A DNA stretch of 64,000 bases from Candidatus Woesearchaeota archaeon (GTDB lineage: Archaea > Nanobdellota > Nanobdellia > SCGC-AAA011-G17 > GW2011-AR18): positions 6,394-70,393 of the forward strand of contig CAYSFG010000033.1 of assembly GCA_964430545.1 (NCBI GenBank). The letters run 5' to 3'. Under the pieces are notes generated by a model. The model worked only from the letters and a program-made list of their open reading frames with translations. It searched no databases and had not been told where the DNA came from. Below are positions 37,489-48,237 of the stretch, piece after piece. Within the stretch, counting starts at the first letter, position 1, and the number at the start of each line of letters is the position of its first letter. The position numbers and the translations under genes are program-made.

Positions 37489-40400
37489 ATTGATTTATAT
37501 TCCATATTATTATCTAATTCTATCCATCCTTCACTAAGACCATTATCTTTAGTTTTTATTGAATCATCTATTTTTATTTTAACCCATTTTGGTTTATTTA
37601 TACTGCTGCTATCGCTGTCATTATCAATAACCTTAATTGTTGTTTTTTTATCAATTATTATTTTTCCTATTAAATTACCATTAATATTATTTTTAACATC
37701 TATCTCCCCACTAAAACCATCTATTATTAAAATTCCAATTTCATTATTAATTTCACTTTGTGCATTTTTAACTATTACATTACTAGTTTCTCCTTTTCCA
37801 TATTTTTCAACTAAATCTCTTATAACATCTATAATTTCATTTCTTTTTGCATTTAACAAATACAATATATTTCTGCTTTGATCAGCATCTAATACATCTA
37901 CATTTTCACTTAGTCCGTTTTTCTTTAATTTTACTAATAATTCATTTTTTAATTTAGCATCATTAATATTAATGCTGCTTGTGTCTAACCAACAGCTTCC
38001 TAATGTTTTTCCTGTTGCTTGATCATTTCCGCATGTTCCTACTGACTGCCATCTTCCATCTTCTGGTGTTGGTTGTACTAAGCTGCATACTCTTATTATT
38101 CCTGAACTTTCAAATGTTCTATCAATTCCAGATGTTGCAATTCCAATTAATGGACTGGTTCCAGATGTTACTCCTAATATATTAGAAGATGAACTTGTTA
38201 ATCCTGCTCCTCCAATTGTTTCTGCTGCACCTATTGCTCCTAATCTTGTTAATGATGCACTTTTAGTTCCATCATAATTTGATACACATTTATTTGCACT
38301 GTCAATATCATCTCTTTGTCCTTCTTTGCTTGCAATTGCATCTTTTAATTCCCCTATTCCAAATGAACTGCTTACTTTTCCAAATCCACAATTTTCTTGT
38401 CCATTAATATTTACACAAATTTCATTATATCCTTTTGCTCCTACTTTTTGTACAGTTTTTTGTTCATATTTTCCAGCATCTATTCTTCCTTGGAAACTTC
38501 CATATTGTTCATCATCTCTAAATGTTACATATAATGGTTGTAATCTTGATGCTTTATTGATTAAATATACTGAATATATTGTTGGTTGTTGTATTTGGTT
38601 ACTTGGGGCATTGCTTACTACTGGTGTTGGCTGTGAATATATCCCACCATAATATCCTGATCCTGAATATATATGATAAAATACTTTGTAATTTGATAAT
38701 TCCAATGTTCCTGCTGGTATTGGTGTTGCTCCTGATTGTGTTCCGAATGTTGCAATATCTCCAGGCCCAGCATATGGTGCTTCATCAAAGAATGCTGTAA
38801 ATTGCGGCGGATTTTCTGGTTCTGTTAATTGATCTAATATTTTTCCTAATTTAGGGAATTTTCCATTTACACTTGTTCTACATATTTGTGTTCCTATTTC
38901 TTCGCTTGATTGTCCTAAGAATGCTGCTGTATATGTATTACTATATTCTTTTGTAAAAAAATTTACTGAGTCACCTATATTATTAAATGAATTTTGAAAA
39001 TTTAAATATTCTCCTCCGCCTTTAGGTTCTCCAAATGCTTTTCCTGTTACCCAATCTAATACACCACCAGTTATACCCAACAATGTTGATGTTTCTCTCC
39101 ACATTACTTCACATACCCCTACACTTCTTATATAATCACAAAATCCTACATCTTCATTTCTATTTAATTTTATTTCTAAACAATCATGATATCCTTGTAT
39201 TAAACTTCTTAAATTTTTTAATCCTGCATCTATTCCTGTTAAACATAATGGTACTACTATTCCTTCTTTTATATTGGGAAAACATAATACTGTTGATCCT
39301 ATTATTCCTGATTGTATTACATTTCTTGGTGCTACTCTTCCGCCTAATGTACATCTTGAACTAGGGCACATTACGGGGTCACATGCATTAAATAATAATT
39401 TACAATCTGAAGGATCCATTACACTTGTACATCTTGGTTGTGCTGATTGTCCTATATTTTTTGGATCTAATTTTGCGCATTTAACTAATTGTGATACTCC
39501 AGGTATTTTTATTTGTTGTCCTTCTTTTGAGCATCTTAAATTATTATCTATTGTTAATATTCTATTTTTTAATCCTTGTATTGCTTCTATTGCTGAAGTA
39601 TCATATTTTATTTGATCATCTCCTCCACCTTGACAGTCTATTACTTGATTTGGTCCAACATTCCATACTTGTGAAAATTTTATTGGATTTGATCCTGTTG
39701 GAAAACGTTCTAATACTTTTACATAGTCGCCATTTCCTATTGGAAAGCAATATGGTTTTCCATCAGGATCAAAATAAGAGTTTAAATTTCCTGCATAACT
39801 TCCAGATAATGCTACTCCTGATGCTGTTGATATTGTTGATTTATAATAATGTGGTTTGCATTTTCCTTTTCCATTTTCAATATAATAATCTCCAAATATT
39901 CTTTTACAATCTTCTTCATTTGAATTATCTTTAGGTGTTAAATCACTCTCCCAATCATTTGTTACATATATTGGTTGTCCACTTTCGTCTGTTGCTTGTA
40001 TTCCTTTCCATAATGTTTCTGTTCTTGTTGTGGCTATATTACAATTATTAATATATGTTCCCCCAGCTTCTGAACATATTTCTTTATTAAAATTATCATC
40101 TCCAAATATTTGTTTATTATAATCATATTTGCTTATACCTTTAAATTTTTTTGAAACAAATTGTCCTGCATAACTTCCGTCAGTTGATGGTGTTGGTAAT
40201 AAATTTGGTACTGTTCCTAGTGCTTTCCATTCTCCAGGTTTTTCGCTTATAGGAAGTAAATTGCTTAATTCTTCATTTTTTTTATTTAATCTTGCATCTC
40301 TTACTAAATTTACTCTGCTAGAAATTAATGTATTTTTTTCTACATCACTTAATTCATTAAAACCAGGTAATTTATTTATTACACTTTGAGAAGCTTTATA

Positions 40401-43358
40401 ATCAGCTACTAATGTATTAACGCCTAATTCTCCTGCTTGGGCATTTATATATTTTCCATAACTTGTATCTTTTGGATATTGTTTTTCTAGTATTGAATAT
40501 TTCAAGCATTCTTGATAATTTTGTATTATATCAGAGTTTGCAATTCCTAACGCGCTTGCTGCATTTTTATATTCTTGAAAGTCTTGGCATTTTTCATCTT
40601 TATAATTTATTTCTTCTATTGTTCCTTTTATTGATTCTTGTGATTTTTTTAATGCTTCTTGTGTATTATCTGTAGTTTTTTTAATTTCATCTCCATAATA
40701 ATTTATACATTCACTAACTGTGTCAAAATCTTGATGTTTTTCTGTTCCTTTTTCTTTTACTTCTGTGTTACATTTTTGTCCGAAAAAATCATCTGATTGT
40801 CTTCTTGCTATTGCCCTTGTGCTTCCTTGTAATAATGAACTTTTTAATGTTACAAATGCAAATGTTCCTAAGCATACTTTTTTCCAGGTTTTTACAACAC
40901 TATCTAATGTGTCTATTACAGAATTAAATTTTTTTAATAAATTTTCAGTTGTATTTAATTGTGAATTTAACATTTCTGGCGTCCATTCAAATGGTCTTGG
41001 ATCTATTGGTACATTTAATCTAAAATTAGAAGTTGTATATGCCCTTCCTGATCCAGGTATTATTGTTACATATGCTTCTGTATTTGTTTTTATATCTGTT
41101 ACTTGTACATTTTTGCTTTCTTCTCCATATTCTGGGAGTATTTCTCCGTTTTCTGTTATTATTGCAAATGCTGTAGTTATAGGTTTTGCTGCATTTAATT
41201 GTAATGTTGTTACTGTTCCATCTCCTGATACTGGTATATCTTTTTCTTCTATCTCTTTGAAGTCTTCTTTATTATTTTTTTGATATAATCTTATTGTTAC
41301 TGATGTTTGGCTGTTTATTCTTTCTACTTTCCAGAATTTATCTGCAGATGGAATTGTTGGTAGTGGTTCATTTTGTTGTTCTCTTTGAATTACGTTTTTA
41401 ATTTTATTTGATATTACTCTTCCTGATTCATCAATAAAACTTTCACTTATCAATCCTTTATATCTTACACCATCTAATCCCTTTATTCTATTTCCTTCAT
41501 ATAATGGCTGGCTTATTTCTGCACTCCCATCTGAATTATATACTTTTAATAATAATACTCCTCTATCTTTTTTTGTTAATTTTTCAACTTTTTTTAAATT
41601 AATAGCAACGCCAGAATCTTCTAAATAGTCCCCACCACCTTTTCCCCCATATATATCTTTTAATTTATCTTGTAGTCCTATTTTTGTATAATAAAATTCA
41701 GCAAGTTTTAGCATTTCTAATTGAAAATTAAAGCATCTTGTTCTTGTATCTGAGTCAGGATTGGTAGTTTTACAGGCATCATTATTTATTAGATATTTTT
41801 CATATATTTCAGCTAGATCATTTGTTGCAGATTTTGCGTCTGCTGTTCCAGGATATTTATCTATTATTGTTTTATATAAAGCAACAGCCTTACATGCAAT
41901 ATCCTCTTTAGAACCATAGGGATTAACAGTTTTATCTAACTCACAATAATCATCTTCTATTTTATTTACTATGTCTTGTGTTGGTGGTTTTATTTCTAAT
42001 GGTAATAAACCATCTTTTGTTGATATTGTTTCTCTTATTATTGTTTTACTATCACCTTCATTGTTTTCTATTACTGCTATATTTTTAATATGATATAATT
42101 TTACACCGTTATTTTTTATTGTTATTATCTGTGAAAGTTTTGAATCATCTAAATTAAAGTCTTGTGCTAAATTTCTTATATCATTTTCTTCTAATTCACA
42201 TTTTTGTAGATTTGTTTCATCAATTATTCCTGTGAATCTTGTACAATCATTGCTGTATTTTCCTACAATAGTTTGTTCTGCTGATACTAAATGCCATGAA
42301 CTTCCAGGATAAAGTGTTTGTCCAACATTTACTTTTTTTCTAATTGTTTTTCCAGGAAGATCAAATTCAAAGTCTGCCCTGTCTGTTGGTGTTATTATAT
42401 CGTCTAGTTTTACTTGAAATACATCTTGAAATGGATTTCCTGTATATCCAAATGTAAAATATCTTGAATTTCCTTTTTCTAATCTAAATGTTCCTTTTGT
42501 TTTTAGTCCTTGTGCTTCTACTGGATTTTTATTTGGATTATAAAATGTTAGCGGTATTAATTCTTTTCCATAAACTTCAAATGTTCCACCATTTTCATCT
42601 ATGCTTACAGCCCGTATATATCCTTTTCCAGAAAAAAACATATTTTGTTCTTTATTTTTTGTAAATTCATCTAAATTCTTATATGGTTTTAAATTTAAAT
42701 CTTGTTCATTTATTCCAAATAAGTTTGTGCTTTGTGTATCTAATAATATTTTTGCATTCATATCTAATGTTATTAAATTATTTTCTGGTTTTCGTGTTTC
42801 CTTATCTAGTTTTTTTAAATAAACAATAACTGCACCCATATTATTTAATGAGTAACTATCACTTCTTGGAGGAATATATCTTACTCTATTTCCTGCCAGA
42901 TATTTTGCAGATTCACCAGATTCATTCATTGTTATATCTATAGAAATTATTCTTGGTATGTTTGTTATTCCTGTGAATACATCTCTTTGGCTTGGATCAT
43001 TTGTTAATGGACTTAATAATGTCCCTAATGTTGTTCCTTTTAAATACATAAATACTGGAACATTGCTTTGATCTAATAATGATTCACGTACTTGTTTTGG
43101 TTGATAATCTGCTACATTTATTATTATGCTTTCTCCTATATATATTGGATCTCCAAAACTAAATCCTCCTCTAGATCTTAATAAATTATCAGCAATATTA
43201 TCATTATATACATCACCGCCATAATTAGTATTGCTTCTTTGACTTGCTGGAATAGAATATGGATTATTATCATTATAAGGATCATATTGCTCTTGTAGTG
43301 CTGATGCTATTGGTAGAGATATTATTAATAATATCACAATTATTGCACTTAATTTCAT
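37485..43358 (-). CDS. Giant secreted protein (1957 aa) with Sec signal peptide and multiple Cys-rich segments; putative surface adhesin or host-interaction protein
   Basis: N-terminal signal MKLSAIIVILLIISLPIASA. Uninterrupted 5.9-kb ORF whose start and stop overlap the flanking genes by 4 nt each. Cys-dense region around residues 1180-1330. The plus-strand ORFs inside it are Leu/Phe-rich antisense artefacts. Confidence 0.7.
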   Translation of the reverse strand: MKLSAIIVILLIISLPIASALQEQYDPYNDNNPYSIPASQRSNTNYGGDVYNDNIADNLLRSRGGFSFGDPIYIGESIIINVADYQPKQVRESLLDQSNVPVFMYLKGTTLGTLLSPLTNDPSQRDVFTGITNIPRIISIDITMNESGESAKYLAGNRVRYIPPRSDSYSLNNMGAVIVYLKKLDKETRKPENNLITLDMNAKILLDTQSTNLFGINEQDLNLKPYKNLDEFTKNKEQNMFFSGKGYIRAVSIDENGGTFEVYGKELIPLTFYNPNKNPVEAQGLKTKGTFRLEKGNSRYFTFGYTGNPFQDVFQVKLDDIITPTDRADFEFDLPGKTIRKKVNVGQTLYPGSSWHLVSAEQTIVGKYSNDCTRFTGIIDETNLQKCELEENDIRNLAQDFNLDDSKLSQIITIKNNGVKLYHIKNIAVIENNEGDSKTIIRETISTKDGLLPLEIKPPTQDIVNKIEDDYCELDKTVNPYGSKEDIACKAVALYKTIIDKYPGTADAKSATNDLAEIYEKYLINNDACKTTNPDSDTRTRCFNFQLEMLKLAEFYYTKIGLQDKLKDIYGGKGGGDYLEDSGVAINLKKVEKLTKKDRGVLLLKVYNSDGSAEISQPLYEGNRIKGLDGVRYKGLISESFIDESGRVISNKIKNVIQREQQNEPLPTIPSADKFWKVERINSQTSVTIRLYQKNNKEDFKEIEEKDIPVSGDGTVTTLQLNAAKPITTAFAIITENGEILPEYGEESKNVQVTDIKTNTEAYVTIIPGSGRAYTTSNFRLNVPIDPRPFEWTPEMLNSQLNTTENLLKKFNSVIDTLDSVVKTWKKVCLGTFAFVTLKSSLLQGSTRAIARRQSDDFFGQKCNTEVKEKGTEKHQDFDTVSECINYYGDEIKKTTDNTQEALKKSQESIKGTIEEINYKDEKCQDFQEYKNAASALGIANSDIIQNYQECLKYSILEKQYPKDTSYGKYINAQAGELGVNTLVADYKASQSVINKLPGFNELSDVEKNTLISSRVNLVRDARLNKKNEELSNLLPISEKPGEWKALGTVPNLLPTPSTDGSYAGQFVSKKFKGISKYDYNKQIFGDDNFNKEICSEAGGTYINNCNIATTRTETLWKGIQATDESGQPIYVTNDWESDLTPKDNSNEEDCKRIFGDYYIENGKGKCKPHYYKSTISTASGVALSGSYAGNLNSYFDPDGKPYCFPIGNGDYVKVLERFPTGSNPIKFSQVWNVGPNQVIDCQGGGDDQIKYDTSAIEAIQGLKNRILTIDNNLRCSKEGQQIKIPGVSQLVKCAKLDPKNIGQSAQPRCTSVMDPSDCKLLFNACDPVMCPSSRCTLGGRVAPRNVIQSGIIGSTVLCFPNIKEGIVVPLCLTGIDAGLKNLRSLIQGYHDCLEIKLNRNEDVGFCDYIRSVGVCEVMWRETSTLLGITGGVLDWVTGKAFGEPKGGGEYLNFQNSFNNIGDSVNFFTKEYSNTYTAAFLGQSSEEIGTQICRTSVNGKFPKLGKILDQLTEPENPPQFTAFFDEAPYAGPGDIATFGTQSGATPIPAGTLELSNYKVFYHIYSGSGYYGGIYSQPTPVVSNAPSNQIQQPTIYSVYLINKASRLQPLYVTFRDDEQYGSFQGRIDAGKYEQKTVQKVGAKGYNEICVNINGQENCGFGKVSSSFGIGELKDAIASKEGQRDDIDSANKCVSNYDGTKSASLTRLGAIGAAETIGGAGLTSSSSNILGVTSGTSPLIGIATSGIDRTFESSGIIRVCSLVQPTPEDGRWQSVGTCGNDQATGKTLGSCWLDTSSININDAKLKNELLVKLKKNGLSENVDVLDADQSRNILYLLNAKRNEIIDVIRDLVEKYGKGETSNVIVKNAQSEINNEIGILIIDGFSGEIDVKNNINGNLIGKIIIDKKTTIKVIDNDSDSSSINKPKWVKIKIDDSIKTKDNGLSEGWIELDNNMEYKSI

Positions 43359-45373
43359 CCTATTTCAGGCCTCCTAAATAATGGATGTTCTTGGTTTGTA
43401 TATATTGATAATTGAATATTTTGCATTGCTTCCATATCACCAGGTATCGGGTCTGCTAATACATATAATGTTAAGTCTCCATTTTGGGTTAAGTCATTTC
43501 TTGTAAAATTATGGTTAAATACTTCCCCACCTGTTATTACATAATTTAATGACATAGATGGTATTTCTATTTTTTCACAGTGTGTTTTTTTCTTAAATAA
43601 ACTAAATATTCCTAATTCTCTTGTATCTACACAATTTTCTATTTCTTGTTTTTCTGTAGTTATTGGCCATGTACTGTTTCTTATTACATATGCAGTTATT
43701 GAATATTCTCCTGCTAATAATTCTATATTTTTATTTTCTAAAAATGTATTATACGCAGTGCTATACTGTACTTTCTGATGATCAAATTGGAATGATATTT
43801 GTTCTGAATCATACGGTTCTCTTATTTTTCCATCTTTTTTATCTATTATTTTTATTTCTACTTTTTTCTTGTATAATGGTTCAAGAGCTACTATTAAATT
43901 TTGGTTTATATTCTGATTTGATGAATAAATTGTTTTTCCAGGATAATATCCTTCTTTTATTCCTTCAATTACTCCATTAACACATAATGGTAATTTTGTA
44001 TTTAATTTTGGTTCATCTCCTGTTTTTTCTGATTTTCCCAATGGGCATGCTGCTGGTGTGCATTTATAAGTTAATGTTACATCTTTTAATGGTATTAAAT
44101 CTGAATTTTCATCAAATGTTCCTGTGTATATTGTTGCTTCTTTTTTTGCATACTTACATATTTCATTATTAATTTCAGGGATATCATTATATGGTATGTC
44201 ATATTTTCTTGGTTGATTATTATCAATTATTACTTCTGTTGCAAATTGAAATGTTAAATCTGTTTTTGAATCTCTTAATGTTATTAATACCGGATATTTT
44301 ATATCATATACAAATCTATGTTCTGATATGCATACAAATGAGGATAATAAACTTGATGCCCCGCTTCCTATTTTTTTTGATGCTTGATTATTTTTTAATA
44401 TATTTCCTTCAGAAGGATTAATATCTATTAATGTGGGCCAGTCCGGTATATACATAAAATTTACGTCTACATCCTTTCTTGGTTTTTTTAATGCATCAAA
44501 TTGTAAATATTCTAGATTTTTTAATGTATCTGCGCTTGTATCTTTTACTGATATTGCTGCTGTATTTTCAAATATTATATTTTTTAATTTTAATTCTATA
44601 TCTTGTTTATACCATATTCTTTCATTACAACTTAATTCAAGTCCAGAATATGGTATTTCAGGATCATAAGCTATTAACATCGCTATTGTTCTATTTTCTA
44701 AAAATAATTTTTCATTTTCAGATTCCATTATTTCTTTTGCTACATTATATAATTTACCTAGGCTTGTATCAACATCTGTATTATAATTTGATATTGAAAA
44801 ATTTGCAATTCCTACTTCAATTTCTAAAGGATAATTAACACTTACTATTATTTTATCATCTCTTATTTCTGTTTTCGTTTCTGGATTTTTAGATGCTGTG
44901 AAACTATATCCTTGTTTTGCAAATGTAGTTAAATTATTTATACATACTATAAAATTTTCATTTACATATTGTGATATTGAATTTTGAATATCTGTTTTAC
45001 TTGGCATATTTAATTCTTGTATTCCATTAGCTGTTTCTCTAAACCATAAAGGTGTTTTTAAATCAGATCCTGAGATTATTTCTAGTGTTGATGGTATTGG
45101 TGTAAAACTTGTAACAGGTAATTTGTCTTCTTTCAAATTTAAAAATCCCCCTTGTGAAGCTACTAATGTTACTCCATCCATTGAAACCCTATTTACGCAA
45201 CTTGATAAGAAGTCTTCTACTGGTTTTATTTGTATAGGTAATGTTTTCACTACATTTAATTTTTCAAAGAATTTTTGGATTATACCTTCTCTTATTATAA
45301 AAACGCTTGCGATGATTACTAAAATTACTAAACCTATAATTATAAAAGCAGTTACCTGGCCCCTCTTTTTCAT
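43355..45373 (-). CDS. Secreted/surface protein (672 aa) with a class III (type IV pilin-like) signal peptide
   Basis: N-terminus MKKRGQVTAFIIIGLVILVIIASVFII: positively charged, then RGQ, then a hydrophobic helix, as in archaeal prepilin peptidase substrates. First gene of the three-gene operon. Confidence 0.55.
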   Translation of the reverse strand: MKKRGQVTAFIIIGLVILVIIASVFIIREGIIQKFFEKLNVVKTLPIQIKPVEDFLSSCVNRVSMDGVTLVASQGGFLNLKEDKLPVTSFTPIPSTLEIISGSDLKTPLWFRETANGIQELNMPSKTDIQNSISQYVNENFIVCINNLTTFAKQGYSFTASKNPETKTEIRDDKIIVSVNYPLEIEVGIANFSISNYNTDVDTSLGKLYNVAKEIMESENEKLFLENRTIAMLIAYDPEIPYSGLELSCNERIWYKQDIELKLKNIIFENTAAISVKDTSADTLKNLEYLQFDALKKPRKDVDVNFMYIPDWPTLIDINPSEGNILKNNQASKKIGSGASSLLSSFVCISEHRFVYDIKYPVLITLRDSKTDLTFQFATEVIIDNNQPRKYDIPYNDIPEINNEICKYAKKEATIYTGTFDENSDLIPLKDVTLTYKCTPAACPLGKSEKTGDEPKLNTKLPLCVNGVIEGIKEGYYPGKTIYSSNQNINQNLIVALEPLYKKKVEIKIIDKKDGKIREPYDSEQISFQFDHQKVQYSTAYNTFLENKNIELLAGEYSITAYVIRNSTWPITTEKQEIENCVDTRELGIFSLFKKKTHCEKIEIPSMSLNYVITGGEVFNHNFTRNDLTQNGDLTLYVLADPIPGDMEAMQNIQLSIYTNQEHPLFRRPEIG

Positions 45374-45445
45374 ATATAAAAATAACCATATTACCTATAT
45401 AAATGTTACCGTAAACCTTATATAATGTTTTAAAATTCAATCTTT

Positions 45446-45640
45446 ATGGCAACAAAATTACATACTAGGAGAAGAAGATATTTACCTAAAGGTCCTGAAC
45501 GTAATAGAAAAAAAAGATTTAAGACTTTTCTTAATGAGTCTAAGGCTAAAGTTTATGCTGAATCACTAGGTTTAAAAAATTATAAAATTATTAAGTCTAA
45601 TTATGGTTTAAGCAAGAAGTTTAAGATTGTTTTGGAATAA
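45446..45640 (+). CDS. Small basic hypothetical protein (64 aa)
   Basis: MATKLHTRRRRYLPKGPERNRKKRFK... is highly basic and may bind nucleic acid. It sits divergently upstream of the giant operon. Confidence 0.3.
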   Translation: MATKLHTRRRRYLPKGPERNRKKRFKTFLNESKAKVYAESLGLKNYKIIKSNYGLSKKFKIVLE

Positions 45641-45992
45641 TTTTATCAATTTTTATCAATTCATTATTTTTTTATTAAATTTTTTTAATTAAAGTTATTA
45701 TTTTATGAATATATATTTTAAAAAGAGTTATAAAATATTTGTTTTAAATAATCTATAAAAATAAATAATTATTTTGTAAATTTTTAATTGATTCTTTATG
45801 TATTATTTTATAATGTAATAGAAAATTTCAACTAACTTTTAACATTTTTCCAAAATTTCTTAATAAAGATATATAAAAGATTCAAATAATAAATAGGTAT
45901 TAAAGTATTAAGTACAGAAGTTCATAATATAACTAAAAGATTAGCAATTGTAGAATCTAAACTTTCTTAAATAACAACTAATTTCAGATTAG

Positions 45993-46457
45993 ATGGAAAA
46001 TGAATTTAAAAAAATTAAAAATTTATTAGATAATAATAAAATTATATATGAAATAAAAGAACATGAACCAGTTTTTACAAGTGAGCAAGCTGCAAAAGTT
46101 AGGGGTATAGAATTAAAGTCAGGTGCAAAATCAATGATAGTTAAAAGTGAAGGGAAATTTTATAATCTTATAATAAGTGCAGCTAAAAAAATAGATTTTA
46201 ATAAAATTAAAAAAATATTAAATAAAAAAAGTGTTAGTCTTGCAACTCCAGAAGAAGTTTTAAAAAATACAGGTTGTGAAATTGGCAGTGTTCCTCCTTT
46301 TGGTAATTTATTTAATTTAACTATTTATTGTGATCCTTCATTATTAGAAAATGAATATATAGACTTTAATGCTGGCTTGCATAATTTATCAATTAGAATG
46401 AAATCTAAAGATTGGGTTGTAATAGTTAATCCAATAATTATAGATTTTAGTAAATAA
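45993..46457 (+). CDS. YbaK/ProX-type aminoacyl-tRNA deacylase
   Basis: ATPEEVLKNTGCEIGSVPPFG and the overall YbaK block pattern. Confidence 0.7.
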   Translation: MENEFKKIKNLLDNNKIIYEIKEHEPVFTSEQAAKVRGIELKSGAKSMIVKSEGKFYNLIISAAKKIDFNKIKKILNKKSVSLATPEEVLKNTGCEIGSVPPFGNLFNLTIYCDPSLLENEYIDFNAGLHNLSIRMKSKDWVVIVNPIIIDFSK

Positions 46458-46661
46458 ATATTTATATAACCTTTAAATAAAGATTTTACTATGTTATTCA
46501 CATTAAATTTAGAACATGAATTTAAAAATTATAGGTTAACTACTGATAATTATTGGAGGCAACTAGATGATATAAAAATTAAAGATAAAGATAAAACTTA
46601 TACATAGTTTGATAATTGTATTAATACATTAAAATCAAATAAATATAAAGATCATGTTAAC

Positions 46662-47117
46662 TTGAATGGGGTAAATTATAAAATACATAAAGAAACAGAT
46701 ATAGTAAAATCATTTTTAATACCTAAGTTATACCCTATGGTTCATAGAGATGAAAAACCACATATATTTACAACACAAGAACTTGAAAGAGTAATAGCTT
46801 TAGGTGATGATGATATTAATAATATACTTGCTATAGATCTTGAAGGTTATTTAAAATTATACAATCAGTCAATAATTCAAGAAATAATTAAATATAATGT
46901 TCCTATTGCTGTCAGGAATGAGGCTTTTTGTGCAGGAAATGATTATGTTGGAAAAGTTGCAGTTGGAGATAAGGATTTTATTAGAGATATTAGATTAACT
47001 TTATTAAATGGTTTTTATTCCCATTTAACATCAGGTAAGTTAGATGTGTTTGTTGATATTGTCCCTAATGATTCTGAAGATAAATTATTAGATAAAATAA
47101 ATAGTTTATATAAATAA
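46662..47117 (+). CDS. Hypothetical protein
   Basis: ORF only. Confidence 0.3.
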   Translation: MNGVNYKIHKETDIVKSFLIPKLYPMVHRDEKPHIFTTQELERVIALGDDDINNILAIDLEGYLKLYNQSIIQEIIKYNVPIAVRNEAFCAGNDYVGKVAVGDKDFIRDIRLTLLNGFYSHLTSGKLDVFVDIVPNDSEDKLLDKINSLYK

Positions 47118-47210
47118 AAATATTAAATTATTAATATTTTTTACAAAAATTCGGAAGATATTTTCAAATTATTAGGAAAGACTTATAAATTATAAGAACT
47201 AAATATATTT

Positions 47211-47501
47211 ATGAAAAAAATACAATTTAATATTGATTGGAGTGTTGTATTTTGGATTAGTATAATAATCTTATTTTTATGGTTGATAGCAAAAGCTGTT
47301 GGTTTGATTCATTCTCCATGGTTTATAGAAGCAATTCCTTATGTGGTAGGATTTTTTAGTTTATTAGCAATTGCAAAAGAAATAGGTAAATACGCCCAAA
47401 AAATAAATACTTTAATAGAAGATGTAAAGGAATTAAAATTTTGTGTTATTAATATTGATAAAAGATTAATTGTTGTAGAAACAAAAATTGATAAATTATA
47501 A
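47211..47501 (+). CDS. Small membrane protein with a C-terminal coiled coil, hypothetical
   Basis: Two TM segments followed by a heptad-like tail. Confidence 0.3.
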   Translation: MKKIQFNIDWSVVFWISIIILFLWLIAKAVGLIHSPWFIEAIPYVVGFFSLLAIAKEIGKYAQKINTLIEDVKELKFCVINIDKRLIVVETKIDKL

Positions 47502-47506
47502 ATAAA

Positions 47507-48148
47507 TTAACTATATCTTTCTTCTTTCCATATATCTCCATGATTATTATATCCTCTTACTTCCCAGAATCCTGGTTCGTCTTTATCAACAAATTTTAAT
47601 GCGTTTAAAAATTTTGATCCTTTCCATGCATATAATTGTGGTATTATCATTCTCATTGGCCATCCGTGTTCTTGTGATATTGGTTTTCCTTCTAATTCAT
47701 ATGCAATTATTACATTATTTTTTTCTAAGTCTTCTCTCGGTACGTTTGTTGAATATCCATCTGTCCCATATTGTATTAAATATTTCCAATTATCTTTTGG
47801 TTTTACAATTTTCACAAAATCTTTAAATGAAACACCTTTCCATTTTACATCAAATTTACTCCATGAGGTTACACAATGAAAATCTTCTGTTAAATTTGTA
47901 GCTGGCATTTTTAATATTTTATTATATGTAAATGATAATTCTTTTTCTATTAACCCATAAACTTTTAAACTCCATTTAGCTTTATCAAATTCTGGTTTAA
48001 CTCCTAGATCTAATACTGGAAATTTTTCTGTTAAATATTGACCTGGCGGTAATCTCTTATTTACATTTTCAGAATGTTTTTTATTTCTAAATAAATTTGC
48101 TAGTTTTTCTTTTGCTTCTATATATTTTTCATTTATTTCATTTGGCAT
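47507..48148 (-). CDS. Molybdopterin-binding oxidoreductase domain protein (sulfite oxidase family, MsrP/YedY-like)
   Basis: FHCVTSWSKFDVKWKGV and GWPMRMIIPQLYAWKGSKF match the Oxidored_molyb domain. Confidence 0.65.
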   Translation of the reverse strand: MPNEINEKYIEAKEKLANLFRNKKHSENVNKRLPPGQYLTEKFPVLDLGVKPEFDKAKWSLKVYGLIEKELSFTYNKILKMPATNLTEDFHCVTSWSKFDVKWKGVSFKDFVKIVKPKDNWKYLIQYGTDGYSTNVPREDLEKNNVIIAYELEGKPISQEHGWPMRMIIPQLYAWKGSKFLNALKFVDKDEPGFWEVRGYNNHGDIWKEERYS

Positions 48149-48237
48149 AATATTTTATATATTTGTTATAATATAAAACTATTTATGGATAGTTAAATCA
48201 ATAAAATATTGTAGTATAGACTTTAAATAATAAACTA

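Noticed and set aside
37979-45425. Plus-strand ORFs inside the giant-protein operon: 37979-38185, 38326-38652, 38579-38800, 39035-39364, 39274-39615, 39491-39934, 40463-40675, 40765-41283, 42601-42822, 43663-43980, 43987-44172, 44191-44421, 44433-44669, 44479-44838, 45123-45425
   Set aside because: All are Leu/Phe/Ile-rich antisense shadows of long, well-supported minus-strand genes (signal peptides, amidase domain, uninterrupted 5.9-kb frame).
47599-47826. Plus-strand ORF in the MsrP-like gene
   Set aside because: Antisense.
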